From the NCBI GenBank assembly GCA_039025075.1, contig JBCCPD010000001.1, positions 1-54,474 of the forward strand: a stretch of 54,474 nucleotides of DNA. The letters are read 5' to 3'. The DNA comes from Pseudomonadota bacterium (lineage in GTDB: Bacteria > Pseudomonadota > Alphaproteobacteria > Rhodobacterales > Rhodobacteraceae). Below are positions 8,567-18,980 of the stretch, piece by piece (position 1 is the stretch's first letter; every line of letters starts with the position of its first letter). Made by a program: the position numbers and the translations under genes. The notes under the pieces are model-generated. The model was not told the origin of the DNA. It was given only the letters and a program-made list of their open reading frames with translations, and ran no database searches.

Positions 8567-9379
8567 TTGAGGACCGAGGATTGGGGCGAATTCGACGGTC
8601 CGGCGCTGCTGCTGGGCGGCCCGGTGGGCAACCTGCAGGCGCTGCAGGCGGCTCTGGCGGAGGGGGCGGCGCGGGGCATCCCTGCGGGGCGCACGGTCTG
8701 CACAGGCGATCTGGCGGCCTATTGCGGGCGGCCGGCCGACACCGCGGATCTGGCGCGCAGGACCGGCCTGAGGATCGTCGCCGGCAACATGGAGCAGAGC
8801 CTCGCCGCGGGCCGCGGGGATTGCGACTGCGGCTTCGAGGAGGGCGCCGCCTGCGATCTGCTCGCCCGCGCTTGGTTCGCCCATTGCGATCGCGATGTGG
8901 GCGAGGGGCTGCGCGCCTGGATGGGAACGCTGCCGTCGCGCGCGGTGTTCCGCCAATCGGGCCGTCGCTACGCCGTGATCCACGGCGGCGCGCGAGAGGT
9001 GAACCGTTTCCTCTGGCCCACCTACCCAGACGCGGTTCTGGCGGAGGAGATCGCGGCGTTGGAGGCTGATCTGGGGCGGCTGGACGGCGTCGTTTGCGGC
9101 CATTCCGGCCTGGCGTTCGCGCGGGAAGTGGAGGGCCGAACATGGCTGAACGTCGGAGCGGTCGGCCTTCCGGCCCATGACGGCGATCCTCGCACGCGCT
9201 TCGCGGTGATCGAGGACGGCAGCGCCGAGATCCTGTTCTTGGACTACGATCACGAGGCCGCGGCGGCGGACATGCGGGAGGCGGGTTTGATCCAAGGCTA
9301 CGAGCGGACGCTCGAGTGCGGCTGGTGGCCCTCGGAGGACGTTCTTCCGACGGCCCTGCGCCGCCCGTCGGCCGCATGA
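8567..9379 (+). CDS. Metallophosphoesterase family protein
   Basis: GGPVGNLQAL, TGDLAAYC, AGNME, VIHGG, CGHSG, WLNVGAVG; probable TTG start after GGAGGAG. Confidence 0.85.
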   Translation: MRTEDWGEFDGPALLLGGPVGNLQALQAALAEGAARGIPAGRTVCTGDLAAYCGRPADTADLARRTGLRIVAGNMEQSLAAGRGDCDCGFEEGAACDLLARAWFAHCDRDVGEGLRAWMGTLPSRAVFRQSGRRYAVIHGGAREVNRFLWPTYPDAVLAEEIAALEADLGRLDGVVCGHSGLAFAREVEGRTWLNVGAVGLPAHDGDPRTRFAVIEDGSAEILFLDYDHEAAAADMREAGLIQGYERTLECGWWPSEDVLPTALRRPSAA

Positions 9380-10242
9380 GCGGCCAAGGATCGGCGGCGG
9401 ACCGCGCGCGACCCGGACCGGTGCTCGCGATCCAGAGCCATGTAGTGGCCGGTCACGTAGGGCTCGGAGCGGCCGTTCCGGCGCTTTCCGCCTCGGGGCT
9501 GGAAGCCTGGGGACTGCCTACGGTGATGCTCAGCGGCCATGCGGCGACGCCCGGCGTGACGGGCCGCCGCGCCGCGCCGGAGGAGATCGCGGCGTTGGGG
9601 GAGGGCTTGGCGGCCTCCGGCCGGTTGCCGAGCCTGGCCGGCGTTCTGACGGGCTAGTTGGGCGCGCCGGACGCCGCCGACGCCGCGGCGGGGGTCGTCG
9701 AAGCCGCGCTCTTGGCCGCGCCCCGCGCGCTTTACCTGTGCGACCCGGTGCTGGGCGACGATGGGCGGCTCTACCTGCCCGAGGCGGTCGGCGAGGTGCT
9801 GCGGAACCGACTTCTGCCCCGCGCCGCGCTCGCCGCGCCGAACCTTTTCGAGCTGAGCTGGCTGACGGGCCGGCCCGTCGCCACGCTTTCGGATGCGCGC
9901 ACGGCCGCCGAAGCGTTGCGCGCCCTCGGTCCGGGCGCGGTGTTCGTGACGTCGGCCGCGCCGAGCCCCGGGCGTCTAGGGGTGCTGGCGGGGTGGGAGG
10001 GCGGCGCCGCGCTGGCCCACGGGCCCGAGGCGCCGCGTCGCCTCAACGGGGCCGGGGACTTCCTGGCCGCGCGCCTTTTGGCGGAGAGCCTGCTCGGCGC
10101 CGATCCGGCCGAGGCGGCGGCGCGGGCCGTCGGGGCCGCGGCTCGGCTCGCCGCGCAGGCCGAGGCGGAGGATCGCGACGATCTGCCGGTCGCTTCGCCC
10201 GGCTGGCGGGACGCGCCTGCGGCGTCGGTCGAGACGCTCTAA
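9376..10242 (+). pseudogene. pdxY: Pyridoxal kinase PdxY/PdxK interrupted by an in-frame TAG (9655-9657)
   Basis: VLAIQSHVVAGHVG, LPTVMLSGH, LTG*LG (family LTGYLG), YLCDPVLGD, PNLFEL, GAGD; both halves in the same frame. Confidence 0.85.
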
Positions 10243-10278
10243 GCCGTTCGGCGCGCCCCGTCGCCGCGGGTCGAGGGC

Positions 10279-11052
10279 CTATAGCAGAAGGCGGCCATCG
10301 AGATAGGCGCGCGCCTCCTGCGTGGCGGGGCGCTGGAAGAACCGGCCCGCGGGGCTCTGCTCGACCGCCTTGCCGTGGTGGAGGAAGGCGACGCGATCCG
10401 CCAGCCGCGCGGCCTGGCCGCGATCGTGGGTGACGAGCACTACTTCCACGCCCTCGGCCGCCACGCGGGCCACCAGAGTCTCGATGGCGGCGGTCGACCG
10501 GGGGTCCAGGCTCGCCGTCGGCTCGTCGAGCAGCAGACGGCGCGGGTCCGCGGCGAGGGCGCGCATCAGCTGCAGGCGCTGCGCCTCGCCGCCGGACAGC
10601 GAGCGCGCCGGTCGGTCCGCCATCGCTTCGAGTCCGCCCAGGGCCAGCAGGGCGTCGAGTTTTTCGACCCGCTCGGACCGGCCTGCGCCGGCGGCGCGAA
10701 GCGCGTGGTCCAAGTTGCCACGAACCGACCGGCGCAGCAGCACGGGGCGTTGAAAGACCAGGGCCGAGCCTTCGGGATCGTCGCGCAGCTCTCCCGCGTC
10801 CGGCGCCACCAGACCGGCGAGCACCCGCAGCGTCAGGCTCTTGCCGGAGCCGTTGGGGCCCATCAGCGCCGTCACGCCCTCGCCCGGAAGGGACAGCGTC
10901 AGCCCATCGAGCACCGCCCGCCCCCCGCGCATGAGGCGCACGCTTTGCAGCGTCTGAGGCCCGTCGAGAACCTCGGCCGCGGCAGGCCGCCGAGGGAAGC
11001 GAAGGATGCGCGCCTCGCCGGGCCGCCTCTCTCCGCGTCCGCTCTCAGGCAT
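10279..11052 (-). CDS. tupC: Tungstate-type ABC transporter ATP-binding subunit
   Basis: GPNGSGKS, VFQRPVLLRRSV, LSGGEAQR, LLDEPT; overlaps the permease. Confidence 0.8.
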   Translation of the reverse strand: MPESGRGERRPGEARILRFPRRPAAAEVLDGPQTLQSVRLMRGGRAVLDGLTLSLPGEGVTALMGPNGSGKSLTLRVLAGLVAPDAGELRDDPEGSALVFQRPVLLRRSVRGNLDHALRAAGAGRSERVEKLDALLALGGLEAMADRPARSLSGGEAQRLQLMRALAADPRRLLLDEPTASLDPRSTAAIETLVARVAAEGVEVVLVTHDRGQAARLADRVAFLHHGKAVEQSPAGRFFQRPATQEARAYLDGRLLL

Positions 11053-11752
11053 GGGCCAAGGCCTCCGCCCGGCCGCGCAAGGCGTGCAGCGCGCCGTGGA
11101 TCAGGATCGACAGCGCCACCAGGAAGCCGCCCAAGGCGAGCGCGAGCGCCAGCTCGCCTTTCGAGGTTTCCAGGGCGATCGACGTGGTCATCACCCGGGT
11201 CGCATGGGCGATGTTGCCGCCGACGATCATGACCGCGCCGACCTCCGCCAGGGCGCGTCCCAGCCCGGCAAGCGCCGCCGTGGTCAGCGCGAAGCGGGCA
11301 TCGTGCAAAAGCGTGCCGAGCCGAAACAAGGGCCCCGCATTCATCGATCGGAGAAGCTCGTCGTATTCCTCGTTCATCGCCGCCACCGTCTCGCGGGTCA
11401 GGGCGGCGATGATCGGGGTCACCAGAATGGCCTGGGCGATGACCATGGCGGCTGGGGTGTAGAGCAGGCGCAGCGGGGCCAGCGGCCCGCCGGCGGAGAG
11501 CATCAGGTAGACGGCGAGCCCGACCACGACGGGCGGCAGGCCCATGAGGGCGCTGGTGGCGACGGTCAAAGCGCCGCGCCCGGGAAAGCGAGACGTCGCC
11601 AGAAGCGCCCCGAAGGGCATGCCGATCGCGCAGGCGAGCCCCACGGCCAGAAGGCTGGTGCGCAGCGACAGCCAAACGATCCGCGCCAGCTCGCCGTCCA
11701 AGGACGTCACGAGCGCGCAGGCGGCGGCGAAGGCGTCGCCGAGGCCGTCCAT
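11045..11752 (-). CDS. tupB: Tungstate-type ABC transporter permease
   Basis: MGLPPVVVGL, AMVIAQ..PII, GRALAEVGAVMIVGGNI, TRVMTTSIALETSKG. Confidence 0.88.
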   Translation of the reverse strand: MDGLGDAFAAACALVTSLDGELARIVWLSLRTSLLAVGLACAIGMPFGALLATSRFPGRGALTVATSALMGLPPVVVGLAVYLMLSAGGPLAPLRLLYTPAAMVIAQAILVTPIIAALTRETVAAMNEEYDELLRSMNAGPLFRLGTLLHDARFALTTAALAGLGRALAEVGAVMIVGGNIAHATRVMTTSIALETSKGELALALALGGFLVALSILIHGALHALRGRAEALAHA

Positions 11753-11858
11753 CGATCCTCCCTCGGCCCGTCCGGGCCGCGCGGCCCCTTGGCGGGGCGT
11801 TTCACGACGAAACGTTGCCGCAAGACGCGAGAGCGCGTCCAGCGCCGGAACGCCGGCC

Positions 11859-12725
11859 TTAGACCAAAAGCGAACTCACGTAGCCGGGCAGGGCGAAGGC
11901 GCCCAGGTGCACCTCGGGCGTGTAGCAGCGCGTCGTGAGCCCGGAAGCCGCGAACCGCGCCTGCAGGGTCGCGAGGTCGGTGGACCGCGCGGCCGAGTCG
12001 GCGCCCCAGCCGAAGGCCATCGGGCCGCCCGCATAGGTCGGCACGGTCGCGAGGTAGCATGCGGCGTCGGCGAACAGGGCGCGGAACGCGCGCAGGGTGT
12101 TGGTCAGCTCCTCGCCCTGAAGGAAGGGCACGCCGTTCTGGGTGACGAGGATGCCCTCAGGCGCCAGACGCCGCTTGGCGTGGCCGTAGAACGTCTCGGT
12201 GAACAGCACCTCGCCCGGTCCGATCGGATCGGTCGAATCGACGATGGCGACGTCGTAGCCGCCGCGGGTCTCGTCGCGCACGAAGGCCGCGCCGTCGGCG
12301 ATCACCAGCTCCAGGCGCGGATCGTCGAAGGCCCCGGCCGAGACGCCTGGAAAGAACCGCTTGGAGAACTCGACCACGCCGGCGTCGATCTCCACCATCG
12401 TGACGCGCTCGACGCTCTCATGGCGCAGCACCTCGCGCGCCATGCCGCCGTCGCCGCCGCCGATGATCAGAACGCTGCGGACGGCCCCGTGGGCGAGGAT
12501 CGGCGTGTGGGCGAGCATCTCATGGTAGATGAACTCGTCCCGCTCGGTCAGCTGCACCACGTCGTCCAGCGTAAGCACGCGGCCGAAATCGTCGCTCTGC
12601 AGCACGCGCAGGCGCTGATGCTCCGTCCGGCTGTCGAACAGAACCTCCGAGAAGCGGAGCGCTTGGGCGAAGCCGGGGTGAAGCGGCTCCACGCTCCAAT
12701 TCGGCGCGGCGGGATGGTCGGACAT
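11859..12725 (-). CDS. speE: Spermidine synthase (polyamine aminopropyltransferase)
   Basis: DEFIYHEMLAH, VLIIGGGDGG, VEID, IVDSTDPIGPG. Confidence 0.96.
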   Translation of the reverse strand: MSDHPAAPNWSVEPLHPGFAQALRFSEVLFDSRTEHQRLRVLQSDDFGRVLTLDDVVQLTERDEFIYHEMLAHTPILAHGAVRSVLIIGGGDGGMAREVLRHESVERVTMVEIDAGVVEFSKRFFPGVSAGAFDDPRLELVIADGAAFVRDETRGGYDVAIVDSTDPIGPGEVLFTETFYGHAKRRLAPEGILVTQNGVPFLQGEELTNTLRAFRALFADAACYLATVPTYAGGPMAFGWGADSAARSTDLATLQARFAASGLTTRCYTPEVHLGAFALPGYVSSLLV

Positions 12726-12808
12726 GGGGGCCTCCGGAAAGCGTGCGGACGGCGCGCCGCACGGGGGACGCGCCGTCGATGCGGCTGGGGTCTAGGCGTC
12801 GGTCGGCG

Positions 12809-13309
12809 TCAGAGGCGGCCGGCCACCACCTCTTCGCCGCGCAGAAGCTCCTTCACGCGGACCTCGCCGGCCGCGAAGGCCGCGCGCAGAACGTCGACGG
12901 CCCTCCAAGGCTCGGCGTCGCCGCACATGAAGACGTCGAAGGCGCCGTAGCCGATCTCGGGCCAGGTGTGGACGCTGATATGGCTTTCCGCCAGCACCGC
13001 CACGCCGCTCACGCCCTGGGGGCTGAACTTGTGGGTGTGGATGTGCAGCAGCGTCGCGCCGCAGGCCTCCACGCAGTCTCGGAATGCGGCCTGGATGCGA
13101 TGTTCGTCGTCGAGCCCGTCGCCGTCCACCACCTCGATGATCAGGTGGGTGCCGGCGAAGACCTTGCCGTCCTTGCGGATGAAGTGGTCGTCCCGCCCGG
13201 GGTCGAAAACGTCCGAAGCGACGCGGGCGTCGCCGCTCCGAAGAGCTTCCTCGTGGGTGGCGCCTGTCTCCAGGTCCATCCCCAGTCGGAAGAGGGAACC
13301 GTCATGCAT
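12809..13309 (-). CDS. speD: S-adenosylmethionine decarboxylase proenzyme
   Basis: GVSGVAVLAESHISVHTWPE (E-S cleavage site), DVFMCG; GGGGAGG RBS. Confidence 0.96.
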   Translation of the reverse strand: MHDGSLFRLGMDLETGATHEEALRSGDARVASDVFDPGRDDHFIRKDGKVFAGTHLIIEVVDGDGLDDEHRIQAAFRDCVEACGATLLHIHTHKFSPQGVSGVAVLAESHISVHTWPEIGYGAFDVFMCGDAEPWRAVDVLRAAFAAGEVRVKELLRGEEVVAGRL

Positions 13310-13316
13310 GACGATG

Positions 13317-13420
13317 CCTCCCCTACCAGCAGATGCAAAACCCAGCGGTCCCTTAGCGCCCCCTCCGAGGACGGAGGTTGGGATCGGCGACCCTGATCCG
13401 TCAGCACGTACAGCGTCGCC
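13317..13420 (-). promoter_or_regulatory. Structured speD 5' leader (candidate cis-regulator)
   Basis: Hairpin CCUCCG-UCCU-CGGAGG (13362-13377) carrying an anti-SD; competing stems GGCGAC/GUCGCC and GGAUC/GAUCC. Confidence 0.4.
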
Positions 13421-13429
13421 CTGGAACGA

Positions 13430-14395
13430 TCAACCCTTGCGATGACCGGCCGCGCCGGCGGCGGGCGACGGGGCGGCGCATGTCTTTCTCGGCCGCGTCG
13501 CGGCCCTCAGCTGACGCTCGCGCCTGGCGATGTAAAGGGTCGCGCCGATGATGATCGCGCCGCCCGCCCAGGTGGCGGCGTCGGGCGTCTCGGCGAACAG
13601 CAGCCAGCCTGCGGCCCCGATCAGCACGAGGCGCAGATAGGCGATCACGCCAACCACGCTCGCCTCGCCGAGGCGATAGGCCTCGATGTCCGCGAAGCCC
13701 CGCGCCGACCCCGAGGCGATCAGCACGATCAGCGCCGTCCAAGCGAGCGGATCGGCGGGCAGGCTCCAGACCGGCAGGGCGAGGGGCGCTGAGACGAGGA
13801 CCGTGGCGGCGACTGAGCTGACGAAGGCGGAGGCCGCGCCGTCCGCCTCCGCCAGGCCGCGCGACAGGGCCAGCGCCAGAGCGAACATCAGCGACGAGAC
13901 CAACGCCCCGATCATCGCCCAAAGCTGATCGGGAGCCACGCCGCCGACGCCGGGACGCAGCAGCACCAAGGCCCCGAGGAAGCCGGTCAGAACGGCCGCC
14001 AGGCGGCGCGGCCCGACCCGCTCTCCGTTGATGGGCACGGCGAGAAGCGTGGCGAAGATGGGCGCGGTGAAGAACAGGACCGTCACCGTCGCCAGCGGCA
14101 GGTTGGCGATGGCATGGAAGCCGAACTGCGTGCTCACCCCGATCAGGCCGCCGCGCAGCAGGTGCAACCAGGGACGCGAGAAGCTCAGCCGAGCGCGGAC
14201 CGCGGGCGAGGCCAGTAAGGGCGCGGCGGCGACCAGGGTCAGGACCGCGCGCAGGAAGACGATCATGCGGCTGTCCATTCCCTCGGACACCCAGCGTGCG
14301 GCGACCGTCATCGCCGAGGCGTTGACGACCGAGAACAGCATCCAGACTCCGCCGCGCAGATTGTCGGCGGCGGAGGGCGGCGGCGAGACGGCCAT
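13430..14395 (-). CDS. DMT/EamA family transporter
   Basis: About 10 hydrophobic segments; FFTAPIF, GERVGPRR, LFAETPD. Confidence 0.92.
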   Translation of the reverse strand: MAVSPPPSAADNLRGGVWMLFSVVNASAMTVAARWVSEGMDSRMIVFLRAVLTLVAAAPLLASPAVRARLSFSRPWLHLLRGGLIGVSTQFGFHAIANLPLATVTVLFFTAPIFATLLAVPINGERVGPRRLAAVLTGFLGALVLLRPGVGGVAPDQLWAMIGALVSSLMFALALALSRGLAEADGAASAFVSSVAATVLVSAPLALPVWSLPADPLAWTALIVLIASGSARGFADIEAYRLGEASVVGVIAYLRLVLIGAAGWLLFAETPDAATWAGGAIIIGATLYIARRERQLRAATRPRKTCAAPSPAAGAAGHRKG

Positions 14396-14550
14396 GGGGC
14401 GGAACGCTCCGGAGAGGGGGAGGGGAGGGCGACGCGATGGCGACGGCGGTGGACGGAGCTTAGGCCGCCGCCGATCCGCGAAGCAATGCGCGCCGCCGCG
14501 AGCGGCCGCGGGGGGCTATCTTTCGCCGCGCGAGCGCGCGAAAAGGAAGC

Positions 14551-15393
14551 ATGAGTTGGATCCGACCTGCGCTTCGACCTCTCATCGCCCTGTTCTTGGT
14601 CGGCATTGCCGCGCTGTGGTCCGCTCCGCCGGCGCAGGCCAACGACTTTCTGCGTCGGTGCCTGGACGAGCGCGCAGGCGCGGAAACCCTGGCACTGGCC
14701 TGCCGCAGCGCGTTGAACGCCGGCGGCCTCGACCGGAGGGAGACGGCGGCGGCCTGGACCAATTCGGGCATCGCCCTGGCTGAGCTGGGCCGCGACGGCG
14801 ACGCTCTGGCCGCCTACGACCGCGCGGTGGCGGCGGATCCGACCTTCACGCCCGCCTACGCCAACCGCGCCTTGTCGCGCGCCCGCCGCGGGCGGGTGGA
14901 GGAGGCCATCGCCGATTGGTCTGAAGTGATCGCGCGCGCTCCGCGCGACGGGGACGCTTTGCTCGGCCGCGCGGGTCTGCATCTGGTCGCCGGCCGCCCG
15001 GCCCAGGCGTTGGCCGACGCCGACGCCGGGCTGCGCCTCGCCCCGCGATCGTCGGATCTGCACTACACCCGCGGCCTGGCGCTCGGGGCGTTGAACAGAA
15101 CCGCGGAGGCGGTGTCGGCCTTCGACGCGGCGCTTCGCCTCGATCCGGGCGATGCGGAGGCCTGGATGCAGCGCGGTCTGATCCAGGCCCGCGCGGCGCC
15201 CGCCGCGGCGCTGCGGGACCTGACGCGCGCCATCGACATCGTCCCGAAGCGCGCGGTCCTTTACGTGCATCGCGGCCAGGTGCTCGAAGGGCTCGGGCGG
15301 CAGGGGGAGGCCGACCGCGACTACCGACGGGCCTTCGAGCTGGGGTTCCAGTCCCCTTGGCTGAACCAACGGATCGAGGCGATGGGCGGCTGA
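14551..15393 (+). CDS. Secreted tetratricopeptide-repeat protein
   Basis: Signal peptide ending PAQA; repeated TPR helices (AYANRA, HYTRG, WMQRG, YVHRG). Confidence 0.88.
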   Translation: MSWIRPALRPLIALFLVGIAALWSAPPAQANDFLRRCLDERAGAETLALACRSALNAGGLDRRETAAAWTNSGIALAELGRDGDALAAYDRAVAADPTFTPAYANRALSRARRGRVEEAIADWSEVIARAPRDGDALLGRAGLHLVAGRPAQALADADAGLRLAPRSSDLHYTRGLALGALNRTAEAVSAFDAALRLDPGDAEAWMQRGLIQARAAPAAALRDLTRAIDIVPKRAVLYVHRGQVLEGLGRQGEADRDYRRAFELGFQSPWLNQRIEAMGG

Positions 15394-15427
15394 GGCCGCC
15401 CGGCCGGCCGAGCGCGGCCCCGGACGC

Positions 15428-16693
15428 TCAGCTCGCCTCGGCCACGGTCAGGAACGCGTCGCGGTCGTCGGCCTGCACGAACAGCTCCACCGGCGTTTCA
15501 TAGTCCAGCAGCTTCCACGATCCGGCGCTGCGCCAGCGCTGCGGGTCCACGTCGGCGACGGCCTTGGTGGCGAGAACCGAACGGCCGATCCGCTTGCTCA
15601 GATCGTCCAGGCGCGAAACCTTGTTCACCGCCTGGCCGATCACCGAGAAGGTCAGTCGGCCTGGCACGCCGATATTGCCGAACATCACCTCGCCGAGCGT
15701 CATCGAGATCGAAAAGGCGAGGCGACCCTGAGGCGGCGACGCTTCCGCCTCGCCGGGCATCAGCTCCGTCTCTTCGAGCCAGTCGCGGCGGCGCCGAAGC
15801 GCGGCCTCGGCCGCGCGTGTGGCGGCGCGCACGGCTTCGGGTCCGCCGGTGTCGCCGCGGATGGGGAAGATGGCGAGGACGCCGTCGCCGATGAAATCCA
15901 GGATCTCCCCGCCCTCGTCGATCACCGATTGGGCGGTGCAGTCGTAGTAGCCTCGAAGCAGGGCGAGATAGTCTTCGGCCGCCATTCCGTTGGAAAGGCG
16001 GGTGGACCCGCGCAGGTCGGCGAACCACACGACCGCGCGGATGCGCTCCCCGTCGCCGCGGCGCACCTCCCCGCCCAGCACGCGGGCGGCCGCCGTCTCC
16101 CCCAGATAGGCGTTGGCCAGGTTGACCATGACCCGCTTTTGGATCGATGCATGGCAGGCGACGGCGAAGAAACGCTGGATGCGGCTCAGCGCCTCCAGAT
16201 CGCGCTGGGAGAACCCGCCTTCGCGCCGCGTGGACCAGGAGGCGAGCATGCCGGCCCCGCCGCCGCGATAGGACTTCACGTCGGCGATGCGAAAGCCCGA
16301 GGCGGTCATCAGGTAGTCGGTGAAGCCGGCCTCGGCGAGCTCCTCCAGAACGGGGAAGTCGATGACCTTGTCAGGCCCTTCGAGTCGCCGGCGGAACCGG
16401 GTGAGATCGTTGATCAGGACGTAGTAGAAAGGGCTTTTCTCGAAAGCGCCGGTGGAGACCGCATCGTGGCGGTACTGGAAAAGCTCGGCCCCGCCGCCCA
16501 GCCGCCAGTAGATCTGCTCGGACTGGAAAAGCGGGTGCAGCGTTGGCCAGCTCAGCGCGGCGCGCTCGAGCGGCAATCCGGCGGCGTGAAGACGGGTGCA
16601 GAGCGTGCCGAACAGCTCCACGATGTCCGGATCGTGCAGAGCCTCCGCGATCAGCCAGTCTTCGACTTCGGACATGAGCGTGGCGTGGGACAT
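15428..16693 (-). CDS. Adenylate/guanylate cyclase domain protein
   Basis: WFADLRGST, FIGDGVLAIF, FGNIG..RLTFSVIG; N-terminal TLHPLF region. Confidence 0.92.
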   Translation of the reverse strand: MSHATLMSEVEDWLIAEALHDPDIVELFGTLCTRLHAAGLPLERAALSWPTLHPLFQSEQIYWRLGGGAELFQYRHDAVSTGAFEKSPFYYVLINDLTRFRRRLEGPDKVIDFPVLEELAEAGFTDYLMTASGFRIADVKSYRGGGAGMLASWSTRREGGFSQRDLEALSRIQRFFAVACHASIQKRVMVNLANAYLGETAAARVLGGEVRRGDGERIRAVVWFADLRGSTRLSNGMAAEDYLALLRGYYDCTAQSVIDEGGEILDFIGDGVLAIFPIRGDTGGPEAVRAATRAAEAALRRRRDWLEETELMPGEAEASPPQGRLAFSISMTLGEVMFGNIGVPGRLTFSVIGQAVNKVSRLDDLSKRIGRSVLATKAVADVDPQRWRSAGSWKLLDYETPVELFVQADDRDAFLTVAEAS

Positions 16694-16759
16694 GTCGTGA
16701 ACGTAGGCGCCCCGGGGCCGCGCAGCAATCGTCGAAACGAAACCTTTCGCGCCGAAGCC

Positions 16760-18493
16760 TCAGGCCCCGGCGAAGCGGGCGGCCATCGCCTCGCGCGCCC
16801 CATCGTCGATCTTGGCGAAAAGAACCTCGGGTACTTCGAAGGCATGGCCCGGCGGCAGGGCGGAGAGCGCGGCCTCCGCATCGCCTGGCCAGTCCTGCGC
16901 CGTCGCCTCCGGCAGCTTCAGCGCGGCCAGCATCGCGTCGGAGGCGTCGGGCACGAAGGGTCTGGAGATCACGGCGTAGAGCCGCACCAGGTTCAAGGCG
17001 AAGCGCACCACGGCGGCGGCCCGGTCCGGGTCGGTCTTGAAGACGGCCCAGGGTTCGGCGCGTTGCAGGTACTCGTTGCCGGCGACCCAGATGGCCCGCG
17101 TCTCGGCGGCGGCCTTGCGCAGTTCGATGGCGTCCCAATGGGCTTCGAGGGCGCGCAGGCGCGTTTCGATCTCCGCGGCGACCTCGGTCTCGGCCGCGCC
17201 GTAGGCCCCGCCCGAGGGAACCGCCTCGCCGAAGCGGGCGCGGCAGAACTTCGTCACCCGGGACACGAAGTTGCCCAGCACGTCGGCCAGATCCTTGTTG
17301 ACGCCCTGCTGGAACGCCTCCCACGTGAAGTCGGTGTCGGAGCTTTCGGGCGCGTTGGACAGCAGCCACCAGCGCCAATAGTCCGACGGCAGGATGTCCA
17401 GCGCCTGGTCCATGAAGACGCCGCGGCCCTGGGAGGTGGAGAACTTGCCGCCCTCGTAATTCAGCCAGTTGAAGCCCTTGATGTAGTCGACCAGGTGCCA
17501 GCGCTCCTCCCCTTCCGCCGAGGCGCCGAAGAGGGTCGCCGGGAAGCTGAGGGTGTGGAACGGGATGTTGTCCTTGGCCATGAACTCGACGTAGCGGACG
17601 TCCTCGGCCCCGGCGTCGTCGCGCCACCAGCGCTGCCACGCGGCGTCGTCGAGGCCCGCCGCATCGGCCCATTCCGCGGTGGCGGCGATGTAGGCGATCG
17701 GCGCGTCGAACCAGACGTAGAAGACCTTGCCTTCCATGCCGGACCAATCCTCGGCCCCCTTCTTGACCGGTACGCCCCAGTCGAGGTCGCGGGTGATGCC
17801 GCGGTCCTGCAGACCGTCGCCGTCGTCGAGCCATTTCTTGGCGATCGACGTGGTCAGCACCGGCCAGTCGGTCTTGGAGTCGATCCAATCGGTGAGGCGG
17901 CCTCGCATGACGCTTTGACGAAGATGCAGGTGCTTGGTCTCCTTTACTTCCAGATCCTTGGAGCCGGAGATGGCGGAGCGGGGGTCGATCAGGTCCGTGG
18001 GGTCGAGGAGCTTCGAGCAGTTCTCGCACTGATCGCCCCGGGCCTTGTCGTAGCCGCAATTGGGACAGGTGCCCTCGATGTAGCGGTCGGGCAGGAAACG
18101 GGCGTCGGCCGGGGACCAGACCTGCTTTTCGCTGACCTCGGCGATCAGACCGGCCTTGGCGAGCCGGCCTGCGAAATGCTGGGTGAGCGCGTGGTTGCGG
18201 GGCCCCGAGGAGCGGCCGAAATGGTCGAAGCTGAGGCGGAAGCCCTTGGCGATCTCCGCCTGAACCTGGTGCATCTCGTCGCAGAACTCCGCGGGCGACT
18301 TGCCGGCTTTCGCGGCGGCGAGCTCGGTGGGCGTGCCGTGCTCGTCGGTGGCGCAGATGAACAGGACCTCGCGCCCCCGCTGACGCATCACCCGTGCATA
18401 GGCGTCCGAGGGCAGCTGGGAGCCGATCAGGTTGCCCAGGTGCTTGACGCCGTTGATGTACGGCAGCGCGGAGGTGACGAGAATGCGAGCCAT
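16760..18493 (-). CDS. metG: Methionine--tRNA ligase
   Basis: [29 protein letters not shown] knuckle, [13 protein letters not shown]; start MARILV. Confidence 0.97.
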   Translation of the reverse strand: MARILVTSALPYINGVKHLGNLIGSQLPSDAYARVMRQRGREVLFICATDEHGTPTELAAAKAGKSPAEFCDEMHQVQAEIAKGFRLSFDHFGRSSGPRNHALTQHFAGRLAKAGLIAEVSEKQVWSPADARFLPDRYIEGTCPNCGYDKARGDQCENCSKLLDPTDLIDPRSAISGSKDLEVKETKHLHLRQSVMRGRLTDWIDSKTDWPVLTTSIAKKWLDDGDGLQDRGITRDLDWGVPVKKGAEDWSGMEGKVFYVWFDAPIAYIAATAEWADAAGLDDAAWQRWWRDDAGAEDVRYVEFMAKDNIPFHTLSFPATLFGASAEGEERWHLVDYIKGFNWLNYEGGKFSTSQGRGVFMDQALDILPSDYWRWWLLSNAPESSDTDFTWEAFQQGVNKDLADVLGNFVSRVTKFCRARFGEAVPSGGAYGAAETEVAAEIETRLRALEAHWDAIELRKAAAETRAIWVAGNEYLQRAEPWAVFKTDPDRAAAVVRFALNLVRLYAVISRPFVPDASDAMLAALKLPEATAQDWPGDAEAALSALPPGHAFEVPEVLFAKIDDGAREAMAARFAGA

Positions 18494-18791
18494 CTGACGA
18501 TACCGATCATTGGATTCGCGCCGTCCTACACGATGGCGGAGGCAGCGGCGAGGGCGGGCCAGCCCGACGCCTTCGACGACCTGGAGGGCGTCGTGCGGGA
18601 ACTGTGGGCGCGCGCCTCGAGCCGAAGTGCGGCGCGCCGGTCGCGACCGACGGCGCAAGCGCAGCGCTTGAGATCATGTCCGCCGCGTGGATCGACCTCC
18701 AAGGTCCTACCGGGCGGTGCGCCCGCCCTACGCCTCTGATGGATCCACGAGCAGCGACGCGAATTGACGACTGCGTCGCCGCCGGGAGCCG

Positions 18792-18825
18792 AAAAAAAGA
18801 CCCTTCAGGCGGAACCTGAAGGGTC
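18792..18825 (-). terminator. Rho-independent terminator (minus strand)
   Basis: 11-bp perfect stem GACCCTTCAGG/CCTGAAGGGTC, 5-nt loop, U7 tail on the minus strand. Confidence 0.85.
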
Positions 18826-18980
18826 GAGCGCCTCTATCCGGCGGCGCCGCGGGCCGGCCTGTCCCCGCGCGGTGTCCCACGCTTGGGTCCGGCGTCCATT
18901 TCCCCACGAGGGCGAGGGATCCGGACGGAGCCGGCGTCGCCGCCGGCGGGATCTCGTCCCGGTCAAGCCGCCGGAACCCA
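18792..18980 (-). ncRNA. Candidate structured small RNA (about 190 nt) or leader
   Basis: Orphan terminator plus closing stem 18969-18980/18884-18894 enclosing a GCGA-tetraloop hairpin (18930-18947); 5' end uncertain. Confidence 0.5.

Noticed and set aside
9655-9657. Genome-wide TAG recoding
   Set aside because: radC, GST and tupC end at TAG at the expected lengths, and prfA (RF1) is present.
18533-18739. 68-aa plus-strand ORF divergent from metG
   Set aside because: No clear RBS or family motif; cannot be supported as a gene.
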